NCBI GenBank assembly: GCA_963778655.1
Contig: CAVZVA010000005.1
Coordinates: 64,001 to 128,000 of the forward strand
Origin: an uncultured delta proteobacterium
GTDB taxonomy: Bacteria; Myxococcota_A; Polyangia; Polyangiales; JAFGIB01
DNA length: 64,000 bases
Direction: 5' to 3'
This document shows, piece by piece, positions 1 through 10,379 of the stretch. The number at the start of each line of letters is the position of its first letter. The first letter of the stretch is position 1. Position numbers and translations under genes: made by a program. A model generated the notes under the pieces. The model saw only the letters and a program-made list of their open reading frames with translations, searched no databases and was not told the DNA's origin.

Positions 1-241
1 TAATGTAGTCACAAAGGCTACAATATCCGACGCCTTCTTACCTCCGAAAAAAGTGACGGGGCGTTTGCCGTGCGTTCCCGGCGGCCCATGTCCCAAAGGC
101 CGCACCCCAGCTGCGATAGGGTTATCATCGCAGCGTTGCGCGCCGCGGTTGCGGTGCCCCAGCCGGGCAATGCCCTGGTGCTCCCGCCGGTCCGGACGCT
201 CGTGCGCGCCCGCGCCCGGGGGCTGCGGGGCGCGCGGGCAG

Positions 242-1939
242 ATGAGCTCACACGCCATCGACGAGATCGAGGAGCGGCTCTCCGACCTGACCTCTGCATT
301 GCGCGAGGCGGGTGCGCCGGACGTCGCCCAGATGCTGGAGCGGCGCACGCGTGACTTCACGCTCCCGACCCGCGTGCGCCGCAGCGTCAACGCGATTCGC
401 GAGCAGCTCGAGCGCTGGCGCCTCGATTCCTCCGAGCTGCCGGACTCGCCCAAGGTGATGTTGGCCGCCAACCGCCTCGAGGACGCGTGTCGAGATGCGC
501 TGGCCGCCGGCGTGATCGTGGCGGCGCGGCCCACTCTGGCCGCGCAGTCGCGGCGCAAGCTCAAGATCGTGCTGTTCACTCTGCTGGGCGCAGGGATCGC
601 GATGGCGATCCCGCTGCTGGCGGTGAGCGCGGGGGTCGACTTCGGCGATCTCGTGGCCGAGCGCAAGCTTCCGCCCCTGAGCCTGCCGCGCGGTGAAGAG
701 GCCACCGTTCACGTGTCGGTGCTGGCGCGCGCGCTGCTGCCGCAGGCCACGCGCGGGGTGGCGTTCCAGGCGCAGGGCGGATGCGAGCAGCCCTTGCCGC
801 GCGAGGCGACCTGTGCGCTGACCGTGCCCCGGCTCTGGGCCGAGGGCAGGCTCCCGACCTACGAGCTGAAGCTGAAGAACCAGGCCTACGGGCTGCTGTT
901 CTCGGTGGCCGGCCCCAAGCTCGAGGACGGCATCGGCGTGGCGCGCCTGTTGCTCGCGGCGACCGACGACACGCCCGAGGGACGCTACGAGCTGCCCTTG
1001 CGTGCCACGTACCTGGGCTACACGCCGCAGCGCTGCGAGTTGCTCGACCGCCTGCAGGGCAGCTGCCCCAAGCCGCGCACGGGCGAGGGCGAGCGCCACC
1101 CAGGTCTCGAGGTGCCCAGCGTGATCGTCGACGTCGTGCATGGCGATCCGGCGCGCAGGATGGGCGAGAAGCGACGCGAACAAGCCGAGGCCGAGGAGGC
1201 GCGGCGCAAGGCCGAGGAGCGCGCGCGGCAGATCGCGGCGGCGGTGAGCGAGATCCAGGCGGTGCTCGGCCAGACCGAGAAGCTGGCGGCCAGACGGCGC
1301 TGGGAGACGGCTCGCGACAGCGTGGGCAAGCTTGCCAAGCTGTTCGAGCCGCTCGAGGGCGTCGTGCTCACGCAGACCGCCAACGACAAAGTGCCAGCTC
1401 AGGTCAGCGCGGTGCGGGCGCGTTTCGAGACCCTGCGCGACAAGCTCGAGGCCTTCGAGAACCGGGTCTTCGAGCAGACCTTCGCCGCGGTTACCGCGGC
1501 CTCCAACCGCCGCGTCCCCGAGGACAGCCTTCTGCAGCGCATCGCGCGGCGCAACGGGATCTCGGCCGACTACGTGCGCGACATCTACACCAGCCGCGGC
1601 GACGAGATTCAACGCCGCATCGACGCCCGCGCGGAGGCTCACATGGAGAGCGTCAAGCGCGCGCAGGAGGCGCTCGAGCAGCACTGCGGCCCGCTACCCA
1701 CCGGCGCCTGGGAGATGATCAATCGCTACATGCAGCAGGTCTACGTCGAGCCGCAGGTGGAGGTGGTGCTCGGCGAGTGCATGACCCCACGTCTGACCGA
1801 GCGCGATTGCTGGGAGATGCGCTGCACGTACAAGCGCAAGGTCGAGGTCGCGGTGGAGCGCCCCAAGGTGGTCACCAGCCACGAGACGACGTTCTACCTG
1901 ATGCACGGCCGCGTCACGGGCCACCGCAACGAGAGCTAG
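242..1939 (+). CDS. Hypothetical membrane-anchored protein (~565 aa): N-terminal helical domain, one TM segment, Cys-containing extracytoplasmic region, coiled coil
   Basis: High-GC3 ORF from ATG 242 (MSSHAIDEIEERL). Hydrophobic KIVLFTLLGAGIAMAIPLLAV and charged EKRREQAEAEEARRKAEERARQ. No recognised family. Confidence 0.75.
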   Translation: MSSHAIDEIEERLSDLTSALREAGAPDVAQMLERRTRDFTLPTRVRRSVNAIREQLERWRLDSSELPDSPKVMLAANRLEDACRDALAAGVIVAARPTLAAQSRRKLKIVLFTLLGAGIAMAIPLLAVSAGVDFGDLVAERKLPPLSLPRGEEATVHVSVLARALLPQATRGVAFQAQGGCEQPLPREATCALTVPRLWAEGRLPTYELKLKNQAYGLLFSVAGPKLEDGIGVARLLLAATDDTPEGRYELPLRATYLGYTPQRCELLDRLQGSCPKPRTGEGERHPGLEVPSVIVDVVHGDPARRMGEKRREQAEAEEARRKAEERARQIAAAVSEIQAVLGQTEKLAARRRWETARDSVGKLAKLFEPLEGVVLTQTANDKVPAQVSAVRARFETLRDKLEAFENRVFEQTFAAVTAASNRRVPEDSLLQRIARRNGISADYVRDIYTSRGDEIQRRIDARAEAHMESVKRAQEALEQHCGPLPTGAWEMINRYMQQVYVEPQVEVVLGECMTPRLTERDCWEMRCTYKRKVEVAVERPKVVTSHETTFYLMHGRVTGHRNES

Positions 1940-1970
1940 CGTGCCAGGCTGCGCACGACGTTTGAAGGAA

Positions 1971-2026
1971 ACAGGAAGGCGGGAAGCACGGGGACGATCA
2001 AATTTCCGGCCTTCGCGTCTTCCTGT
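1971..2026. repeat. REP-like inverted repeat, copy 1
   Basis: ACAGGAAGGCGGGAAG (1971-1986) and CTTCGCGTCTTCCTGT (2011-2026), between convergent genes. Confidence 0.8.
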
Positions 2027-2052
2027 GAAGCCTCTATCGCGGCGAACCCCAG

Positions 2053-3687
<1,635 letters not shown>

Positions 3688-3693
3688 AGCTTC

Positions 3694-3699
3694 ATTATA
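3694..3699 (-). promoter_or_regulatory. Consensus -10 box of the kinase gene, probably leaderless
   Basis: TATAAT on the minus strand, 6 nt before the GTG start at 3687, in an AT-rich spacer. Confidence 0.6.
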
Positions 3700-3800
3700 G
3701 AGGCAGTCCGGGTTCTAACGCACGGATGACACGAAACTATTACAGCAAAAATGGAATTCGGACTATCATTTCGATCGGTCGATACCCCAAATATTTTGGG

Positions 3801-4418
3801 CTAAAGGCGGCGTAGGACCCCCAATGTCTTGGTAGTCGGCAAGGCCTCGAACAGGCCCGAGGCCAGACCGCGGCGGTAGATCTCGATCGGGGCCTGGCCG
3901 CCCTCGCGGGGGTCGGGGAACAGGTCGTGGATCGCGAGCACGCCACCCGCCGCCAGCTTGGGCGCCCAGCTCTCGTAGTCGGCCTGGGCTTGGGCCTGGC
4001 TGTGGCCGCCGTCGATGAAGACCATGCCGAGCGGCGTGGTCCAGACCCGGGCCGCGCGCTGGCTCGGCGCCACCACCAGCACCGCGCTGTCCTCGAGCTC
4101 GGCGCGGCGCAGCGTGGCGCGCAGCGTATACAGGCTATCCATGCGCTGGGCCTCGGGATCGAACAGCTCTGGGTCGTGATAGGCCTCGCCCGGCTGGTGC
4201 TCTTCGGAGCCGCGATGGTGGTCGACGCAGATCAGCGTGCCGCCCGCCTCGCGCGCGCCCGTGCCCAGATACACCGACGATTTGCCGCAGTAGCTGCCGA
4301 TCTCCAGTACCGGACCCAGGCCTGCTTGCGTCTTGGCCAGCTCGTACAGGCGCAAGCCCTCGGCGTCGTCGAGGAACCCCTTGCACTCCAGCGCGATCTT
4401 GTGCGCCGACGCCAGCAC
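3801..4418 (-). CDS. Class I SAM methyltransferase (Methyltransf_24 type), similar to MMP 1-O-methyltransferase MeT1
   Basis: KGFL, LEIGSYCGKS, VDHHRGSEEHQPG, VFIDGGH and LAIHD motifs; last gene of the GT4 operon. Confidence 0.85.
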   Translation of the reverse strand: MLASAHKIALECKGFLDDAEGLRLYELAKTQAGLGPVLEIGSYCGKSSVYLGTGAREAGGTLICVDHHRGSEEHQPGEAYHDPELFDPEAQRMDSLYTLRATLRRAELEDSAVLVVAPSQRAARVWTTPLGMVFIDGGHSQAQAQADYESWAPKLAAGGVLAIHDLFPDPREGGQAPIEIYRRGLASGLFEALPTTKTLGVLRRL

Positions 4419-4422
4419 GCGC

Positions 4423-5592
4423 CTACTCCGCGGCCGTCTGCAGCTCGTCGTATCCCGGGCGCCCCGCCGGCTCTTGCCACGCCCGCGCCGGCTCGAGGTC
4501 GTCGCCGGACAGCGAGGCGAAGAAGGCGCTGGTCGCGCTCTGGCCCCGCACCGCGTCGCTTGCGAGCAGCAGCGCCGCCGCCGTCCACGAGGTCTGCTCG
4601 CCTTCGGGGAAGATCTCGCCCGCTGGATGCGTCATCCCCGTCCAGTACGCGCCGTCTTGGGTGCGCTGCCGGACGGTCCACGCGAGCATGTCGCTCGCGC
4701 GCTGCAACAGACCGCAGGCGTGCAGCGCGAGCACCAGCTCGCAGGTCTCGGCCACCGTGTACCAGGGCTGGTCCTTGACGCAGCGGCAGCCGACGCCCTC
4801 CTCGACGAAGGCGGCGTTGAGCGCCGCGTCGAGCAAGCGCTTGCGGCCGAGCTCGCCGCGCAGCGCGCCGCCCAGCACCGGGTAATACCAGTCCATCGAG
4901 TGGCGGCCCGGCTTCTCCGGCAAGTCGGTCTCGCTGAACGCGGCCGGGTGGTAGCGCAGCACACGCGCGAGCCGCTCGCGCGCCCTGCGCCATTCGGGTC
5001 GCTCGTGACCGAGCCGGTCGGCGATGCGAATCGCGCACACCATGCTGCCGTGCACCGAAGAGGAGCCGGTCAGCAGGGGTGCCGGCCACACCTTGCCGTT
5101 CTTCTGCGCCCAGGCCAGCGCTCCGCTCGGAAGCTGCATCGAGAGCACCAGCTCCATCGCTCGATCGAGCGCGGGCCACATCTCCTGAAGGAAACGCGGG
5201 TCGGGCACGCGGCAGTACAGGTGCCAGACGCCGCTGGCGAAGTAGGCGGCGTGGTTGCTCTCCTGGGTGATGCGCGTGACCTTGCCGCCGCGCCGTTCCG
5301 CCGCCCAGCCGCCGTTGTCGTCCTGCGCCTCGACCATGTATGCGTACGCCGCTCGCGCCTGCTCGACTCGACCCATCGCCGTCAGGCCCATCGCCGAGTG
5401 CACGTGGTCCCAGGGGTCCATCTTCTGGCCGTCGGCCCATGGAATCTCCCCGCTGGGCTTCTGCCGCGCCACCAGCCACTCAGTGGTGGCCTCGAGTTGC
5501 GCCTGGCTCAGGCTCAGGCGTGCGGGGCGCTCCTGCCCGGATGGGGTCGCGTCCGGATGCCGCTCGGCTCGCTGCGCTTCAGATCCTTTCAT
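4423..5592 (-). CDS. (alpha/alpha)-barrel 'prenyltransferase-like' protein, probably an MmpH-like glycoside hydrolase
   Basis: ATG 5592; QKPSGEIPW, MDPWDHVHSAM, QDDNGGW, SMDWYYPVLGG, WYTVAETCELV, QTSWTAAA. Lies within the GT4-MTase operon. Confidence 0.75.
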   Translation of the reverse strand: MKGSEAQRAERHPDATPSGQERPARLSLSQAQLEATTEWLVARQKPSGEIPWADGQKMDPWDHVHSAMGLTAMGRVEQARAAYAYMVEAQDDNGGWAAERRGGKVTRITQESNHAAYFASGVWHLYCRVPDPRFLQEMWPALDRAMELVLSMQLPSGALAWAQKNGKVWPAPLLTGSSSVHGSMVCAIRIADRLGHERPEWRRARERLARVLRYHPAAFSETDLPEKPGRHSMDWYYPVLGGALRGELGRKRLLDAALNAAFVEEGVGCRCVKDQPWYTVAETCELVLALHACGLLQRASDMLAWTVRQRTQDGAYWTGMTHPAGEIFPEGEQTSWTAAALLLASDAVRGQSATSAFFASLSGDDLEPARAWQEPAGRPGYDELQTAAE

Positions 5593-5597
5593 CGAGC

Positions 5598-6326
5598 TCA
5601 CACCTTGATCCCGTAAAACACCACGCTCTTGCCGATGAGCGGGGCGAGCGCCTTCTCCAGCGTGCGGGTCAGCAGAGGCCGCCGCATCATGTCCCAAACC
5701 AGCAGCCGGTGGTAGACCTTCACGATTGAAATGTCGTCGTTGTCGACGCCGAGCGCGCACTTGAGCCACCAGTAGGGCGAGTGCAGCGCATGGGCGAAGT
5801 GCGACTCGTAGATGCGGTAGCCAGCGTCGGACAACATCCTGCGCAGGCGCCGGCGGCGATAGATCCGCACGTGGCCGCCTGGCGTGTTGCGATAGCGCTT
5901 CGACAGCGCCCAGCACAACGCCTCCGGACCCTCGCGCGGCACCGAGGCCGCGAGCACGCCGCCGGGCTTGAGCACGCGCGAGATCTCCTGCAGCGCCCGT
6001 GCGTCCTCGTGCAGGTGCTCGAGCACCTCGGAGATGATGACGCAGTCGAAGCTCGCGTCCGCGAACGGCAGCCGGTACGCGCTGGCGCGCAGCGCGGCCC
6101 AGCGCCCCGCGCCCGGGACCGTGCCGCCCCACTGCGGCGGCAGCGCGTCCAGCTCCCGCAGCATACGCCGCGTGTCCTGCACCTCCTTGGCGCCCAGATC
6201 GACGCCGAACGCATCGATTCCCGGTAGCAGGCGGGTCTGCCGAATGTGGCGGCCGCCACCGCAGCCCACGTCGAGCACCGTGCTGCCCGGCTGTAGACCG
6301 AGCTTCTCGAAGCGCATCGTCAGCAC
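5598..6326 (-). CDS. Class I SAM methyltransferase (Methyltransf_11), candidate MMP 3-O-methyltransferase
   Basis: GTG start overlaps the GT4 stop; VLDVGCGGGRH, LPFADASFDCVIISEVLEH, GGHVRIY, HALHSPYWWLKC. Confidence 0.85.
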   Translation of the reverse strand: MLTMRFEKLGLQPGSTVLDVGCGGGRHIRQTRLLPGIDAFGVDLGAKEVQDTRRMLRELDALPPQWGGTVPGAGRWAALRASAYRLPFADASFDCVIISEVLEHLHEDARALQEISRVLKPGGVLAASVPREGPEALCWALSKRYRNTPGGHVRIYRRRRLRRMLSDAGYRIYESHFAHALHSPYWWLKCALGVDNDDISIVKVYHRLLVWDMMRRPLLTRTLEKALAPLIGKSVVFYGIKV

Positions 6327-7609
6327 GCCGCGCGCCTCCCGTACGCTGGGCGCCGCCGCTGCAGCACGGCGCGGTATGCGTCCACGGTGCGCTCGGCAGC
6401 GCGCTTCCAGGTGAACTGCTCGAGCACGCGTCGGCGGCCGGCTGCGCCCATCTGCGCACGCCGCTCCGGCGACTGCAACAGCTGCTCGATCGCGCGCGCC
6501 AGCGCCTCGCTGTTCTGCGGCTCGACCAGCAGCCCGCAACGGCCGTCCTCGCCCACCACCTCCGGCAGCGCGCCCGCGCGCGTCGAGACCACGGGCACCT
6601 CGCAGGCCATGGCCTCTCCGGCCGGAAAGCCGAAGCCTTCGTACAGCGAGGGCACCACCGCGATGGTGGACTCCGCGTAGTAGCGGGCGATATCGCCGGC
6701 ATCGACGTAGCCGGTGAAGTGCACCGCGCCGTTCAGGCCCAGGCGGCGCACGTGGCTCTCGGTGTCGGTGTCGGTGCCCGGCTTGCCGATCACGGTCAGC
6801 TGCACGCCCGGGCGCCGCCGGCGCAGCTCGTGCAGCGCGTCGAGCAGGTAGCGGAAGCCCTTGAGCGGCGCGTCGGCGGACAGCGTGGTGATCAGCCGCT
6901 CGGCCCGGCGCGGCGTGCTCGGGCTGGGGTGGAACACGTCCAGGTTGATGCCGTTGCCCACCACCGACATGCGCTCCTGCGCGACCTCGTACTCGCGCGC
7001 GATATCGCGGCGCGAGGCCTCCGAGACCGTCAGGATGTGGTCCAGGCGCCGGCACACGCGCAGCTGCGTGCCGAGGAAGCTGTACCAGCGCCTGAGCCCG
7101 ATGCGCTTGATGCCATCGGCGGTGGCTTGAAACGCGATGCGCCGGTCCACCGTGATCGGGTGGTGTACGGTCGCCACGACCGGCAGCCGCTGCTGCAGCT
7201 CGAGCAGGCCCGGTCCCAAGCATTGGTTGTCGTGGACGACGTCGTAGAACGGGGCGCGGCCACGCCGGAAGCTGCGGGCGACGCGGCGCGAGAAGGTGAG
7301 CGGCTCGGCGAAGCTGCCGGTGCGGGTCTGGGCCCATTCGCTCAGGTTGATCGGATCGCAAAGCTCGCGCAGCGGAGGGCCCTTGAGCCAGGCATGCTCG
7401 TTCCACATGTCGAGGCTCGGCACCTGAAACATGCCGACGCCGTCCACCAGCTCGGGGTAGGGCTGGCCGCTCCACACGTCGACTTGATGGCCGAGCTCGA
7501 GCAGCGCCTTGCTCAGCAGCCGCACGTAGATGCCCTGGCCGCCCGAGCGTGGATTGCCGCGGTAGGTGAGGAGACAGATCCGAAGCGCGTCCGCCGCCAA
7601 AGCGATCAC
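6320..7609 (-). CDS. GT4 family glycosyltransferase, candidate ManT-like alpha-mannosyltransferase
   Basis: YRGNPRSGGQGIY, VHDNQCLG, HHPITVD, KGFRYL, VPSLYEGFGFPAGEAMAC (GT-B retaining signature). Confidence 0.9.
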   Translation of the reverse strand: MIALAADALRICLLTYRGNPRSGGQGIYVRLLSKALLELGHQVDVWSGQPYPELVDGVGMFQVPSLDMWNEHAWLKGPPLRELCDPINLSEWAQTRTGSFAEPLTFSRRVARSFRRGRAPFYDVVHDNQCLGPGLLELQQRLPVVATVHHPITVDRRIAFQATADGIKRIGLRRWYSFLGTQLRVCRRLDHILTVSEASRRDIAREYEVAQERMSVVGNGINLDVFHPSPSTPRRAERLITTLSADAPLKGFRYLLDALHELRRRRPGVQLTVIGKPGTDTDTESHVRRLGLNGAVHFTGYVDAGDIARYYAESTIAVVPSLYEGFGFPAGEAMACEVPVVSTRAGALPEVVGEDGRCGLLVEPQNSEALARAIEQLLQSPERRAQMGAAGRRRVLEQFTWKRAAERTVDAYRAVLQRRRPAYGRRAAC

Positions 7610-7864
7610 CTCGATGAAGCTCGTGCCCCCTCGACGAGCGGTCGCGGCAGATGACCTGAACCGATCTACAGCGCCACCCGCCGAGCGTGGCGAGTCTACC
7701 TACACGCTTGTCCGCGGCTTTGCAACGCTGCGGCCCGGCGCGCGGGTGCCGCGGACCGGGCCGCGGCGGCTGTCTTCCGGCGCCAACCCGGCCTCGCGGT
7801 GGCGAGTGCCCGCGCCATGCGCGCCCGTTGCCAAATCCGGGACGGCAGTGCATGTCTGCGGGCC

Positions 7865-8581
7865 GTGAGAACGGACCACCGGCCGCTGTGGCTCAAGCGC
7901 GCCCTGACGCAGTACCACCGCGCCTGGGCCGAGCGCTTCCTGTGTCCCCAGTTCGACGCCGTTGGCCCCGGCCTGATCGTGTTCGGACCGCGCCACGTGG
8001 AGGTCAACGGCCCGCGGGTACGGCTCGGCCGCGACATCCACATGATGGCCACCGCGGACAAGCCGATCCGGTTCACGGTGTACGCGCAGCCCGGCGGAAA
8101 GATCGACCTCGGCGACTACACCATCGTGCTGCCGGGCGCGCGGTTGTCGTCCGCGACCGCCATCCGAGTGGGCAAGAACTGCATGTTCGCGACCAACAGC
8201 TACGTGACCGACGCCGACTGGCACGACCTCTACGACCGCACCGCCGCGCCCGGCAACAGTGAGCAGGTCGTGCTCGAGGACAACGTCTGGGTAGGCGACA
8301 GCGCGATCGTGTGCAAGGGCGTGACCGTGGGCGAGAACAGCGTGATCGGCGCCGGCGCGGTGGTCGCGAGCGACATCCCGAGCAATGCGATCGCAGTCGG
8401 CAACCCGGCGCGGGTGATCAAGCGCCTCGACCCTGCGCGCGCCCTGGTCCGACGCGAGACGCTGTTCAACCGCGACTTGAGCTACGAACAATGGATCGAC
8501 AACTTCGAGCGCTGGGTCCTCGCCCCCAACACCCTGCGCTCCTGGCTGCGCTCTCTGCTGGCACCGACGCGGGACTTGTAG
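7865..8581 (+). CDS. Hexapeptide-repeat (left-handed beta-helix) O-acyltransferase
   Basis: GTG at 7865; IRVGKNCMFA, YVTDADWHD, VVLEDNVWVGD, VTVGENSVIGAGAVV, AVGNPARV. Confidence 0.9.
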   Translation: MRTDHRPLWLKRALTQYHRAWAERFLCPQFDAVGPGLIVFGPRHVEVNGPRVRLGRDIHMMATADKPIRFTVYAQPGGKIDLGDYTIVLPGARLSSATAIRVGKNCMFATNSYVTDADWHDLYDRTAAPGNSEQVVLEDNVWVGDSAIVCKGVTVGENSVIGAGAVVASDIPSNAIAVGNPARVIKRLDPARALVRRETLFNRDLSYEQWIDNFERWVLAPNTLRSWLRSLLAPTRDL

Positions 8582-8605
8582 CGGCGTAGTGGCTCGAACC
8601 GATTC

Positions 8606-8733
8606 ACAGGAAGGCGGGAAGAGCTTCTGGTGGCGAGACCCCCAAGCTCGTGCATGACGCTTGCGGCTTCGACGCCGCAGCCGATCGGGATCTGAGAATA
8701 TCGTCGGATCTTCCCGTCTTCCCGCCGTCCTGT
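8606..8733. repeat. REP-like inverted repeat, copy 2
   Basis: ACAGGAAGGCGGGAAG (8606-8621) and CTTCCCGTCTTCCCGCCGTCCTGT (8710-8733), between convergent acyltransferases. Confidence 0.8.
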
Positions 8734-8763
8734 TTCATGCTCTGGCGAGTGCTCGCGCGTGCC

Positions 8764-9489
8764 TCAACTGCTCTTGTCGGGCCAGAGCAGGGTGCGCAGG
8801 TAGCCGTGTAGGGTGTTGCCGCGCAGGCGTTCGCGGTCGTAGTCGTCCTTGAAGTCGTGGTAGGGGCGTCCGCCGGCGAACAGGTGCTCGCGCCGACTGC
8901 TCGGCAGGCTGGGGTCGATCCGGCCGACCACCTTGGCCGGATTGCCGGCGGCAATGCTGTCGCGCGGGATGTCGCGGGTGACCACGGCGCGGGCGCCGAC
9001 CACGCAGTTGTCGCCGATGCGGACGCCCTTGCACACGGTGACGCTGTCCGCGAGCCATACGTTGTTGCCGATCGTGACCGCGGCGCGCTTGCCCGGATAG
9101 ATGCGGTGGTAGACGTCGTGCCAGTCGGCGTCCGTGACGTAGCAGTTCTCGGCCAGCATGCAGTTGTCGCCGATGCGCACCGACAGCGCCGAGCGAATGC
9201 GCACCCCCGTGGAGACCACGCAGTAGTCGCCGATCACGATCTCGCCTTCGCCCGCGCCACCGTCATAGGGGTTGACCGCAAGCGAGATCGGCGCGTGCGG
9301 CGCGCCGAAGGCGTGGAAATGATCGCCGACCCGGATGTTCGGGCCCTGCAGCAGGATGTAGCGCGCGCCCTGGAAGCGCGGCTCCTGGCCCACCGCGTCG
9401 AACTGCGGCAGCAAGAAGTGCCGCGCCCAGCCCTGGGCCATGGCGTTCAGGGCTTTCTGGCCCCAGAACGGGTGGTGATCGCGTCGCAC
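8764..9489 (-). CDS. Hexapeptide-repeat O-acyltransferase, paralogue of 7865-8581
   Basis: RRDHHPFW, VRIGDNCML, YVTDADWHD, VTIGNNVWL, AAGNPAKV. Confidence 0.9.
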   Translation of the reverse strand: MRRDHHPFWGQKALNAMAQGWARHFLLPQFDAVGQEPRFQGARYILLQGPNIRVGDHFHAFGAPHAPISLAVNPYDGGAGEGEIVIGDYCVVSTGVRIRSALSVRIGDNCMLAENCYVTDADWHDVYHRIYPGKRAAVTIGNNVWLADSVTVCKGVRIGDNCVVGARAVVTRDIPRDSIAAGNPAKVVGRIDPSLPSSRREHLFAGGRPYHDFKDDYDRERLRGNTLHGYLRTLLWPDKSS

Positions 9490-9574
9490 GGCGCCGAGCC
9501 TACAGGATCTTCCCGCTGGAGAGGGCGCGCGTCCGGGTCTTTCCCGGCGCGTGTTTCTGCGCTACGCAAGCGGC

Positions 9575-10228
9575 ATGGCAGACGCGACCTCGCGCAGTGG
9601 CCAGCGGTACGCGACGCCCGCGATCATCGAGCTGCTGGAGCGCGTGCACGCGCCTCACGACGAGGCGCTGCGGCGCGCCTTCGAAGCGCCCGAGGCGCAC
9701 GGCATGCCCGCGATCCAGGTGGCGCCCTCGGAGGGCAAGCTGCTGGGTCTGATCCTGCGTCTGGCCGGCGCGCGCAAAGTGGTCGAGCTCGGCACGCTGG
9801 CCGGCTACTCCGCGATCCGCATGGCGCGCGCCCTGCCCGAAGACGGCAAGCTGTACACGATCGAGCTCGACCCCAAGCACGCCGAGGTCGCGCGCGCGAA
9901 TATCGAGGCCGCAGGGCTGGCGGCGCGCGTCGAGGTGCGGGTGGGGCCGGGGCTCGCCGTGCTCGCCGAGCTGTCCGCGCTCGGGCCGTTCGACGCGGTG
10001 TTCCTGGACGCGGACAAGGGCGGCTACCCGGAGTACGCGCGCTGGGCCGCGCAGCACCTGCGCCTGGGCGGCGTGTTGCTGGCCGACAACAGCTACTTCT
10101 TCGGCCAGTTGCTGCAGGACGAGCCCAGCGCGCGGGCCATGCGCGCGTTCCACGAGCAGCTGCCGGCCCATTTCGACAGCGTGTGCATTCCCACTCCGGA
10201 CGGCCTGGTGCTGGCCATCCGGCGCTGA
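9575..10228 (+). CDS. Cation-dependent O-methyltransferase (caffeoyl-CoA/COMT family)
   Basis: IQVAPSEGKLL, VVELGTLAGYS, FDAVFLDADKGGY, LLADN. Confidence 0.92.
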   Translation: MADATSRSGQRYATPAIIELLERVHAPHDEALRRAFEAPEAHGMPAIQVAPSEGKLLGLILRLAGARKVVELGTLAGYSAIRMARALPEDGKLYTIELDPKHAEVARANIEAAGLAARVEVRVGPGLAVLAELSALGPFDAVFLDADKGGYPEYARWAAQHLRLGGVLLADNSYFFGQLLQDEPSARAMRAFHEQLPAHFDSVCIPTPDGLVLAIRR

Positions 10229-10379
10229 CGCGGCGGGGCGTAGTCGTAACCGGTACAATCCCCGGAGTCCTGGCGCTGGCGGAGCGCCGGCTTGGAGTTA
10301 CAATGCGTGCCCCGACCGCGGCCCGACGCGCGCCCGCCCAGGTCGCCCGGCCGCGGGCCACGACTCACGAGGAACACGC

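Noticed and set aside
4423..5592. Squalene-hopene/oxidosqualene cyclase or true prenyltransferase
   Set aside because: Only 389 aa with QW-like motifs but no recognisable DXDD/DCTAE catalytic motif. The GT/MTase context fits a glycoside hydrolase better.
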